Shown: positions 8,334 through 16,783 of the stretch, piece by piece
How positions within the stretch are numbered: the stretch's first letter is position 1
Layout of the letters: every line of letters starts with the position of its first letter
Source of the DNA: Thermoplasmatota archaeon
GTDB lineage: Archaea > Thermoplasmatota > Poseidoniia > Poseidoniales > Thalassarchaeaceae
Direction: 5' to 3'
Length of the DNA: 53,537 bases
Assembly: GCA_036124005.1 (NCBI GenBank)
Contig: JAZADD010000077.1
Coordinates: 1-53,537, forward strand
The notes under the pieces: generated by a model
The model's database searches: none
Seen by the model: the letters and a program-made list of their open reading frames with translations, nothing else
What the model was told of the DNA's origin: nothing
Position numbers and translations under genes: made by a program

Positions 8334-9842
8334 ATGGAGCCGGTGCGACCACAGTATGTGGAAGAAGACGCTCCTCTTCTATCGGGAAGAGAATGGGTGA
8401 TTATTGCTCTAAGCGTGCTCATGGTACTCAATGGATGGTATATTCTGGGTATTATCACAGTCAATATCCTAATCCTCGCTATTCTTGAGAAAAAAGGGGT
8501 TCTCGACCGGTGGAATGCAACACGTGTCCTAGGATTCATACTCATGATTCGAACTAAACGTGGCCAAGTAACATTAGAGAAAATATCCAGACCGAGACGG
8601 CTATGGAGGTGGTTTGGCGAATTCTCTCTCTGGCTTTGTGCGCTCATTCTGTTGTTTATTACCGCTCTAATCACGCTGTCTACCCTCGCTTTCATCAGTC
8701 AGCCAACATCACAACCACTGGATTCTTCCGATGTCTTACTCATCCCAGGTGTCTCCAATGGTATACCTCTAGTATGGCCTCTTCTTGCTCTGATCCCTGC
8801 CCTCATAATCCACGAATATGGACATGGCATCCAAATGCGTGCTCACGGAATGAGAGTCCGGAGTTTTGGCCTCTTAATTGCTTCAATGATACCCATTGGA
8901 GCCTTTGCTGAACCGGAAGCAAGAGAAATTTCTCAAGCACCAATTCGAGAACGTATGAGGACTTATGCTGCTGGACCAGCAGTGAACATTGTCCTCGCTA
9001 CATTTCTCACAGTGGCTCTTGCCTCGACCATGATGAATGTCGACCCTCATGAGCAAGGCGCATATAGCCCCGGAATCGTCCTTGAAGGCCCCTCTGAGGC
9101 TGCCGGCCTTCGACCGTATGATATCATCGTAAACGTCGAAAACACATCGATTGAAAGCGCATCTGATCTTCAAAATGCACTTTCTTCAGCAAAAGCCAGT
9201 GATGTATGGTCCATGACGGTCTTACCCTACAATAATGAATCAAAATCATGGGGTGAACCGATTGGGATTGAGATTACTCTCGCAGACAAGTATGCCCACT
9301 ATCTCGCCATGAATGTCACACCAGAAACGCTTGACGCACTTGGTATCCACCCGGGTGACCCTTTCATGGGCGTCTCCGGAGATGGCCTAGGTCCCGCAAT
9401 CCAATCTACAACGGGGGGCCGAGATCGGCTAATTGGCCCCTTCGCGACTGACCTATCTACAACAGAACGAGTATTCTACGGACTGACCTATCCATTACAA
9501 CTGCTCTCTATTCCACTAACCTTCGATGGAGCTATTATGGCGCCTGCAGAAGCGGCCATGCTCGATGTTGGTCCAATCGAACAGGAAATCATCAATGGAA
9601 TCTTCTGGTTGTTCTGGATTAACTTCTTACTAGGTTTCGCGAACTTAATTCCAGTAGTCCCGTTTGATGGAGGCCATCTAATGCGAGATGCAATTAGAGG
9701 TAGCATCCAAGCGGTTTCCAATCAAATCTCAACTTTGCATCCACAACGTATGGAACTTTTCGCAACCAAAACAGCGAATGCTGCTTCACTCCTCTTCGTA
9801 GGGATTTTTATCCTGCCGATTCTCTTCCGACTGATTGTCTGA
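8334..9842 (+). CDS. Site-2 protease family (M50) intramembrane metalloprotease with PDZ domain
   Basis: HEYGHGIQMRAHG supplies the HExxH motif and NLIPVVPFDGGHL the second metal-ligand motif. The PDZ-like segment is GIVLEGPSEAAGLRPYDIIVNVENTSIESASDL. There are several TM helices, and a GGAGGA sits 5 nt before the ATG. Confidence 0.85.
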   Translation: MEPVRPQYVEEDAPLLSGREWVIIALSVLMVLNGWYILGIITVNILILAILEKKGVLDRWNATRVLGFILMIRTKRGQVTLEKISRPRRLWRWFGEFSLWLCALILLFITALITLSTLAFISQPTSQPLDSSDVLLIPGVSNGIPLVWPLLALIPALIIHEYGHGIQMRAHGMRVRSFGLLIASMIPIGAFAEPEAREISQAPIRERMRTYAAGPAVNIVLATFLTVALASTMMNVDPHEQGAYSPGIVLEGPSEAAGLRPYDIIVNVENTSIESASDLQNALSSAKASDVWSMTVLPYNNESKSWGEPIGIEITLADKYAHYLAMNVTPETLDALGIHPGDPFMGVSGDGLGPAIQSTTGGRDRLIGPFATDLSTTERVFYGLTYPLQLLSIPLTFDGAIMAPAEAAMLDVGPIEQEIINGIFWLFWINFLLGFANLIPVVPFDGGHLMRDAIRGSIQAVSNQISTLHPQRMELFATKTANAASLLFVGIFILPILFRLIV

Positions 9843-10754
9843 ATCGGCATATTCAGGGGCACTCTGTAAAATGCGTGCGACTAGTTGCTCTCCAATGAGA
9901 ACTGCGAGAATCAAAACAACCACTGCAGTGCCAAGATTCATCCAAGCATCTGTAGTTACCTCCGATGCGTTTGAAGAAGCTGCAAGCTTGACGATTCCGA
10001 ACCAAGGCACTTCTGGACCAGCGATGCCAGAGACCCAAATTGGTCGAACTGCAGTAACAGGTAAGCCATTCTCGTCCCTAAGTCCAGAAAAGTGTGAATC
10101 ATCGCCTGTAGCGATGTACTGATCTAGTGTACACCCATTTGAACGAAGATTGTCACCTGTCGTTAGATACCCCTCATGATGCGGAACCCAATCCGAGACC
10201 ACTAGGTGTCCATGGGAATGACAGGAATATCCGGGTAATGCGAGATTTATGCTCGTTACATTCCTTACCTCCGTACCAGGTACGTCCCAAGTAAGGATAC
10301 AAGCCCCAACAATTCCATCTGGGCCTAGAAGAAGTTCATCCAACACACCCTCTTCACAAATCCCATTCAGAGGAGCAACTGTTTGGTTCGCTTTTGCAAA
10401 GAGAATTGCTCGATGAATGACTGGAGTGTCTAAACCTCCATTCTTACTGAAGATGATGACATCGCCCGGTAATCCATGAACAGAATGGCCCTCAACCGGA
10501 CTCCCTTCCTCAATTGCCTCAACATAAGTCACAATAGTTCGACGATCCGTTGCTGTAACGAGGATAATGTCGCCAGGATCAATGACTCCAATCTGGGATT
10601 CATCCGAGGTCATCATTGACTGGGATTCCACGACAACCATAGGAGGTGTCGATCCAGTCATTAACACGAGAGAGCCAAACAGGACGGCAATCATCCCGAA
10701 TGCGAGAAGGACCTCGCGGAGCCAACCGAACCCGTCATTCACGAAGGACCTCAC
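9786..10754 (-). CDS. Signal peptidase I, archaeal/Sec11 type (S26B), with a large insertion and a C-terminal TM plus acidic tail
   Basis: Has an N-terminal TM helix, then VVVESQSMM (Ser box), GDIILV, VIHRAI (His box) and TTGDNLRSNG (GDN box). Confidence 0.7.
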   Translation of the reverse strand: MRSFVNDGFGWLREVLLAFGMIAVLFGSLVLMTGSTPPMVVVESQSMMTSDESQIGVIDPGDIILVTATDRRTIVTYVEAIEEGSPVEGHSVHGLPGDVIIFSKNGGLDTPVIHRAILFAKANQTVAPLNGICEEGVLDELLLGPDGIVGACILTWDVPGTEVRNVTSINLALPGYSCHSHGHLVVSDWVPHHEGYLTTGDNLRSNGCTLDQYIATGDDSHFSGLRDENGLPVTAVRPIWVSGIAGPEVPWFGIVKLAASSNASEVTTDAWMNLGTAVVVLILAVLIGEQLVARILQSAPEYADSDNQSEENRQDKNPYEEE

Positions 10755-11599
10755 TCCTCTTCTAACGATGTCTGGATTTCATCAGCCGGACGAGTAGAGT
10801 AGAAAACACCTAGCAGTAAAGCAAGAACAAGGAGGCTTATGACATCAAATCCAGGCGTCTCACGAGTAACAGAAGAAACATCTCCACCTAGATTACGGTT
10901 CAACCAAGCACCAAGGTCTAGGGCATGGTCTCGCGGGCCATCAGACTCCATTCTTACGAGCCCAATTAATCCATTCCAAATTAAGAGGACCATTGAGGTA
11001 AATGTTGATACAATCACAGTACGATGTACAGTTGGGTTAGATAGTCCTTCCATCCCTGTCTTTACGGAGAGAATAGAGTTGTCTGCATTCCACCACTCGG
11101 ATATCATAGAATCTCCGGGCACGTGTGCATGGACTGTCGGCGCAAAGGCACGACCTGCACGAATGTTGAATTTCTCATAATGTGCGAGGAGGCGGCCTTG
11201 GTGAACAGTTCCAAGCAGTGTAGCTGCTTCTTCAGCTTCCTTCCTGCGCTTGTTGATTGTCGCTCTCGATTCAAGATCGAGGACCTCATTGAGAATCATC
11301 AATTGATTACGATAACGGAAAAGTTCGGGGGCCGCAATTGACAAAGCAATTGCACCGATGAGAAGTATACCCCATGTAATCCCAATCAAATTAGCATACT
11401 CATTAACACCATCAAGGAATAAGAAGAAACTAAAGCCCCAAAGTAAGCCTCCTAGGCCAATGAGCGTTACACTGTAAAGAATATTCAGATGATTGTCCCT
11501 TTGGGATTCCCACCATCTAATCATGGGATTTCCACTCTTCTGACGTTGCCGGCGTGCCATGCGAATCAACCCCTGCGAGAGGACTTTAGGGTATTCCAT
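10751..11599 (-). CDS. Membrane protein of unknown function, translationally coupled to the signal peptidase gene
   Basis: Its stop overlaps the downstream signal peptidase start by 4 nt. It has two N-terminal TM helices, a soluble middle and two C-terminal hydrophobic segments. It ends in -SLEEE. Confidence 0.55.
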   Translation of the reverse strand: MEYPKVLSQGLIRMARRQRQKSGNPMIRWWESQRDNHLNILYSVTLIGLGGLLWGFSFFLFLDGVNEYANLIGITWGILLIGAIALSIAAPELFRYRNQLMILNEVLDLESRATINKRRKEAEEAATLLGTVHQGRLLAHYEKFNIRAGRAFAPTVHAHVPGDSMISEWWNADNSILSVKTGMEGLSNPTVHRTVIVSTFTSMVLLIWNGLIGLVRMESDGPRDHALDLGAWLNRNLGGDVSSVTRETPGFDVISLLVLALLLGVFYSTRPADEIQTSLEEE

Positions 11600-11705
11600 T
11601 TTCGGATTCAGGAGTGGTTAGAACCATCGAAAAAAAACTGACGGTACTGCGCCATGTTCATATGTCGGGCTGAAGGGTATTCAGTGTGTCACCGTAGGTG
11701 TTGGA

Positions 11706-14700
11706 ATGAAGCGTTGCGCCATGTTCATGCTTGTTCTTCTAATCGGCATCAGTTTGTCCCCAATCGCCTCTGCCGCGACAAATGAAACACAATTCGCTGA
11801 CGGCACCACAACATTCAGCCATAGTTTCACTGCTGGAAATGGCGGAGACGCCCAGACTCCAGGTGTCACTCTACCCTATGGAGCAGCAGTCACTGATGCT
11901 CGATTTGTTGTCGAAGGAACCGCCCAAAACACCCAATGGGAGAATCGTACTACGAATGCCGACTTCGGTGGAGTTGGAGAGGGGAGCACCTCATTCACTG
12001 GATCTTATTTCTCAAGCTGGTATCGGAACGGCCTCAAAGTCGATAATGACGAAATGACATTGCGGACACAGGAGACCACGAATACGAACAACCTCGCAGG
12101 TAGCAGTTCATGGGATACTTCATCTTCATCCCACCTCAACCAGACCGGTCGCTTCGCGGCTAACGGTGACAGAGGATATGTCAGCCCTACAATCCACGGA
12201 ACTGAGTTCAGTCTACCATCTTCAATGGGTTGGTCAACCACCTCTGGAGCCAACGGTGCCCTTGTCCTTGTAGGCGATACTCTGTTCACCACAAAGTACA
12301 CCTCAAGTTCCATTTACAGCACACCGGACATAAATTCCTACAACACATCTACCACGAACACCAACAGAGTAACTGTGTCCTATGGCACGTGTAGCAGTAA
12401 TTCTCTCTATACACTCTATGACTTAACTGCGGATGGAGAAGATGTAGTATGGGCCGTTTCCTACAACTACCGATATATCACCAAATGGTCAGTCACCGAT
12501 ACCTCGTGGACATGCACAGGTACTTGGACAATGCAGAGCCTGTACTATCCAATTGGTATTGATGTCGATGAATCCACTGACGAACTCAAACTATTGGTCA
12601 GATCAAGTAGTGGCAGCACAACCTACAACCTCTGGACTGTCTCAAGAAGCACTCCAACGACGGCATCTGCAACAACCTATCTAGGAACTAGTACCACCCT
12701 AAGTGGAACTCTGTCTGGCCTTATCGTTGAACATCCACGTATCCTAATCAATTCCTATCGGAGTTCTTCATCTAATCACTATGTGCTACACAGCGCCGGC
12801 GCATGGGTCGACATGCAGGGCACTATCACACTCAATCAAAAGGGACATTACGGAATCTCAAATGGAGAAGAAGGAACTGCAATCTATGCCTGTTTTTATG
12901 CAGCAATTAGTAGCTATTGTCCCACCACCACACATCGCAAGGTGTTCAGTTCAGGCATTGGATCTACTTTTGAAGAACGAACTAGCACTACCACACAAAC
13001 AATTGCGATTGGATCTACGGTAACCATTGGGTCAGCAATCAATGATATCGATTTAACCGGCCTAATTTCCTATGAACCAACTGGTACCTCTGTAGAAGTA
13101 GAAGTTAGTAATGACGGAGGAGTCACTTGGAAAGCAGCCACGCTAGGATCTACTGTTTCCTTCACCAATGCTGGCAACCAAATCAAGTGGCGTGCCTATC
13201 TAAACGGAACAAACACCACCGTAAGCCCAGTGGTTGATAGGGTCCAACTTACCTATGTCGCCAGTTATACTTCAAGCGGATACATTCGAGGCTACAAGTA
13301 CCTCGGGTCTACAACTGGAAGTGCCCCCGTGGCTGCAAAAGTATGGTGGAATAGTACAGAACCTGGCAATTCCCGTCTCAATATGTATTTCCAAATGGGA
13401 AGCCAATACAATGTTCAAAATCCAGGACAAACTATCTCATTCTCGGGTACAAGCACTTACATCTACTTCTACATCTACTTCTATTCTGGAACAAATAACG
13501 CATACACCCCTACATTGGAAGATCTCAATGTCCAACTCTTTACTCAAGCACCAAGCAATGTCAAGATCGATATAGGAAACGACGGAAGTGATGAATGGAC
13601 ATATCAGAACACCTTGCTAGGAACTACTACGGCAACTGGTGGGAACCTACTGAGTGCTATCAATAACGAGATTCCAGGAACAGGAAGTGGATCTGTTACA
13701 ATTCCAATCAGCATTTCCTCGACTGCACCTGGCATGGTTCGAATCAATTCCTTCACAATGACCTACACAATGCAGACTGTGAATCTAGACATTGTCTGGC
13801 AAGAAGGGATTATTCTCCATGAAAGAACCGATGTCTACGAGATTGTTACACGTCATGTAATAGGTGAAGGTGCAACCGATATCGCTTCCGCTACCCTCGA
13901 TTTCGTAGCTTACCCAAGTTCGGATGCTCCGTCTCTATCATGGTCACAAACCGGTAGTGTGCTTGATGACGACCCTGCTGATTGGATTATTCCGATTCAA
14001 CCAGGACAAGAAGGCGGGACCTATACCACTAGTTCTAACGGAATATTCGAAATTCACTGGAGATTTAGAGTTACTAGTGAGTTCCCTGAGCAAGAAAATG
14101 TTGGATTCAGAGTATCCTGCACTGATGACCAGAACCTGACCCCCTCCGTCCTAGCTGAAACACAAAATACTGGAATTAGGGTCAACCAATCCTATGGACT
14201 GGGATGGTTGGGAGTACGTGATACAGAAGGTCCAGTCACAAGTCAGAACCTAAGTGATGGTGCTTGGATTTCCGCAGGTGAAACCATCTTCTTCCAAGGA
14301 GCCATGTGGTTTGCCGATAGCGAAGATGCTCCTCTAAACTCAGTATTCGATGTACAGGTGGCCCAGAAAGGCCCACAAGGGGACTTCGTTCAGACCTCTT
14401 GGAAAGACCAAAACAACCCAGATGGGTCCTTCTTCATCAGCCTCACAGTTCCCGATATTGATATGCCGAATGGCATAACATATGAGATTCAAACATACAA
14501 TGAACGTGATTTGACGCATGTAATGCCTCCCACAGATGATTCACGACGCACATTCTACATCGATGCGACCTCCCCCTCCATCGTTTACCACTACCCTGCG
14601 GAGGAGGATTATGTCGCGGCCCGCTTCGATCAAACAATCATCGTTGATGTTGATGATGGCGTGGGTGACCCCACCGAACTCACACTTCACTACTGGGTCG

Positions 14701-16760
14701 AAGCAGATCACGACCTAAATCGGAATGGGATTGCTGATATGGACGAATACATGAATCGGACTATCGTAAACGAATCAAGTGCTCCAAACAAGCGTTTCCA
14801 GACAACAATTGATGATAGTCGAAACCCGAATCTCGCTTCGGTATCATACTACGTAACAGGCAACGATCCCGCCGGAAATCCTCTGGATTCATCAGAGGGA
14901 CCAGGGTTTGCATCGGATCTTGCCACTTATCGAACTCGCAAGGACATGGAGTCGGTATTCACGGGATTGCATTGGGCTGGACATACTGACGGGGGAGCAA
15001 TCTTCTCAGGCACAGATCAGACCATCAGTGTAGGTCTAGTGGATGCTAACGGACTGATTGATTTCGAGGAAATGAATCTCATCTTCGACTTTGAAGGTCC
15101 AGATCCAATTCGTGACAAGCAAGTTGTTTCTTACTCGGGAAGAAACGATTCATTCTGGACAAATTCACCCTACATTGACCTCCTTGAATCTAGTAAAGCA
15201 ACAGTAATCAGCAATGATACTGGCTTACCATGGGTTCTCGTTGACTTTGAATTCCAAATGACATGGGATTGGCCTGATGAAGATGTCAGTGACTTAGCGT
15301 TTGAGTACAAGCAACTAGGAGCAGCGATGCGCACTGTCGAGTTTGTGGACCAAACGTTCCATGTTGAGAATGATTTAGTTCTCGAAGCATCCTCCTATGG
15401 AGTCCATGATGTGATGGAACCGAGGACTGGGCCAATCGATACCTCAACAGCAATTCGCGCAGATGATCGTATCCAATGGACTGGGCGCGTCGTCTATGAA
15501 GGGTCCTCGACAGCTCCACCAAACAACCTCGGCATCTCAGTCGAGGTTTTCGATGGTGTCCAGATGTGGTCGGATGGTTCACTCACTGAGAATGGAGAAT
15601 ATATGGTGGAAGTTCCACTAAATGCTGCGCCGACATTGGCTTCAGCAGATACCCGTACCTTCCTTTCCAGCATTGCAGGCATCCCTGGTCGGGGCGAAGA
15701 CATGACGCGGGACTCAGTGGCTACAACACTGCAACTCTCTGTCGATCACACACCCCCGAGGATTATCCATCGAATGAGTCCCATTGATATCATTGACATA
15801 GGGCCAGACTCTGACTTGACCGCAGTAGATGTAGCATTTATTGGAACCGAAGAGTGCGTCAATGACCTATCTGATCAGCGTTGCTCTGAATTGGCCATGG
15901 CTCCTCAGCAGGTACATTGGATTATGCGAGATGGAACAAGGACCATCGCTGCAGGATATTCGATTCTATCCATGGAATTACAAGATGATCTAATCCTCTG
16001 GACTGGGACTGTTGATCTAACAAGCGACGGACTCGTAACCCCTCGATCTGGTTACATCGTTGGTTTCCATGTAACTGGGCAAGATGCTGCCGGTAACACA
16101 TTCCCCCAAACAAGTAACACAGAAAGTGATCCTGTCCGTGAACCGGAAAACCTCGATGGGGACTTTGACCTCGCTTGGGTAACCCTTGGTGCTGATCTAA
16201 GTCCCGAACTTCGTATCCTCAGTATTGATGCGGAAGAAAATCGTGTCAGTGTGGGTAAGGAAGTGGACATACAAGCTTACGTCACCAATCTTGGTGGTGA
16301 CTTAAATCGCTCATTCACCGTTGGATTCTATTCAGGTGACCAGACGGAACCATTCTACGAAGAAGTGATTGATAGTCTAAATTCGGATACTACAATCACA
16401 ATCATCACCACTTGGAAGGCAGAGGAAAATGTAGACCGAGTCCGTGTGGTTGTTGATTCTGATAACGAAATTATCGAAATTGACGAGGAGGACAATACCA
16501 TGTCCGTTGGTATCGATGTCGCCTATGGTTGGGGCATGGGATGGATAGAGCAGGCACGTCAAAACCCTCTAACCCTGATTCTCGTAGTAATTGCTCTAAT
16601 TGTGGTACCGGTTGTCACATTCGTATCGGTTCGCCAAATGAATAACTCTGGGTACGATGAGGATTTGACGGACATGCTCTTCAACGAAGAAGAGTATGAA
16701 GACGAGGATTACGACGATTACGTGGATGATGAGGACGAAGACGACGACGGCTGGGAATAA
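11706..16760 (+). CDS. Giant S/T-rich surface protein (1,684 aa) with signal peptide, C-terminal CARDB-like domain, TM anchor and poly-acidic tail
   Basis: Signal peptide: MKRCAMFMLVLLIGISLSPIASA. CARDB-like segment: VGKEVDIQAYVTNLGGDLNRSFTVGFYSGD...VVVDSDNEIIEIDEEDN. TM helix: LTLILVVIALIVVPVVTFVSV. Tail: EEEYEDEDYDDYVDDEDEDDDGWE. Confidence 0.85.
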   Translation: MKRCAMFMLVLLIGISLSPIASAATNETQFADGTTTFSHSFTAGNGGDAQTPGVTLPYGAAVTDARFVVEGTAQNTQWENRTTNADFGGVGEGSTSFTGSYFSSWYRNGLKVDNDEMTLRTQETTNTNNLAGSSSWDTSSSSHLNQTGRFAANGDRGYVSPTIHGTEFSLPSSMGWSTTSGANGALVLVGDTLFTTKYTSSSIYSTPDINSYNTSTTNTNRVTVSYGTCSSNSLYTLYDLTADGEDVVWAVSYNYRYITKWSVTDTSWTCTGTWTMQSLYYPIGIDVDESTDELKLLVRSSSGSTTYNLWTVSRSTPTTASATTYLGTSTTLSGTLSGLIVEHPRILINSYRSSSSNHYVLHSAGAWVDMQGTITLNQKGHYGISNGEEGTAIYACFYAAISSYCPTTTHRKVFSSGIGSTFEERTSTTTQTIAIGSTVTIGSAINDIDLTGLISYEPTGTSVEVEVSNDGGVTWKAATLGSTVSFTNAGNQIKWRAYLNGTNTTVSPVVDRVQLTYVASYTSSGYIRGYKYLGSTTGSAPVAAKVWWNSTEPGNSRLNMYFQMGSQYNVQNPGQTISFSGTSTYIYFYIYFYSGTNNAYTPTLEDLNVQLFTQAPSNVKIDIGNDGSDEWTYQNTLLGTTTATGGNLLSAINNEIPGTGSGSVTIPISISSTAPGMVRINSFTMTYTMQTVNLDIVWQEGIILHERTDVYEIVTRHVIGEGATDIASATLDFVAYPSSDAPSLSWSQTGSVLDDDPADWIIPIQPGQEGGTYTTSSNGIFEIHWRFRVTSEFPEQENVGFRVSCTDDQNLTPSVLAETQNTGIRVNQSYGLGWLGVRDTEGPVTSQNLSDGAWISAGETIFFQGAMWFADSEDAPLNSVFDVQVAQKGPQGDFVQTSWKDQNNPDGSFFISLTVPDIDMPNGITYEIQTYNERDLTHVMPPTDDSRRTFYIDATSPSIVYHYPAEEDYVAARFDQTIIVDVDDGVGDPTELTLHYWVEADHDLNRNGIADMDEYMNRTIVNESSAPNKRFQTTIDDSRNPNLASVSYYVTGNDPAGNPLDSSEGPGFASDLATYRTRKDMESVFTGLHWAGHTDGGAIFSGTDQTISVGLVDANGLIDFEEMNLIFDFEGPDPIRDKQVVSYSGRNDSFWTNSPYIDLLESSKATVISNDTGLPWVLVDFEFQMTWDWPDEDVSDLAFEYKQLGAAMRTVEFVDQTFHVENDLVLEASSYGVHDVMEPRTGPIDTSTAIRADDRIQWTGRVVYEGSSTAPPNNLGISVEVFDGVQMWSDGSLTENGEYMVEVPLNAAPTLASADTRTFLSSIAGIPGRGEDMTRDSVATTLQLSVDHTPPRIIHRMSPIDIIDIGPDSDLTAVDVAFIGTEECVNDLSDQRCSELAMAPQQVHWIMRDGTRTIAAGYSILSMELQDDLILWTGTVDLTSDGLVTPRSGYIVGFHVTGQDAAGNTFPQTSNTESDPVREPENLDGDFDLAWVTLGADLSPELRILSIDAEENRVSVGKEVDIQAYVTNLGGDLNRSFTVGFYSGDQTEPFYEEVIDSLNSDTTITIITTWKAEENVDRVRVVVDSDNEIIEIDEEDNTMSVGIDVAYGWGMGWIEQARQNPLTLILVVIALIVVPVVTFVSVRQMNNSGYDEDLTDMLFNEEEYEDEDYDDYVDDEDEDDDGWE

Positions 16761-16783
16761 TCCATTCAATGGGTTCTTGAGTC

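Noticed and set aside
5775-8352. Integrated mobile or defence island at tRNA-Gly (macro domain, nucleases)
   Set aside because: I saw no integrase, no duplicated tRNA 3' half (att-like direct repeat), no toxin partner for the macro domain, and no compositional break.
8318-8695. 125-aa minus-strand ORF overlapping the start of the M50 protease gene
   Set aside because: It is antisense to a well-supported CDS, and its R/S-rich translation has no motif.
13459-13482. 12-bp tandem duplication (acatctacttct x2)
   Set aside because: It lies inside giant protein 2 and simply encodes YIYFYIYF. It has only two units and is neither a CRISPR nor a regulatory repeat.
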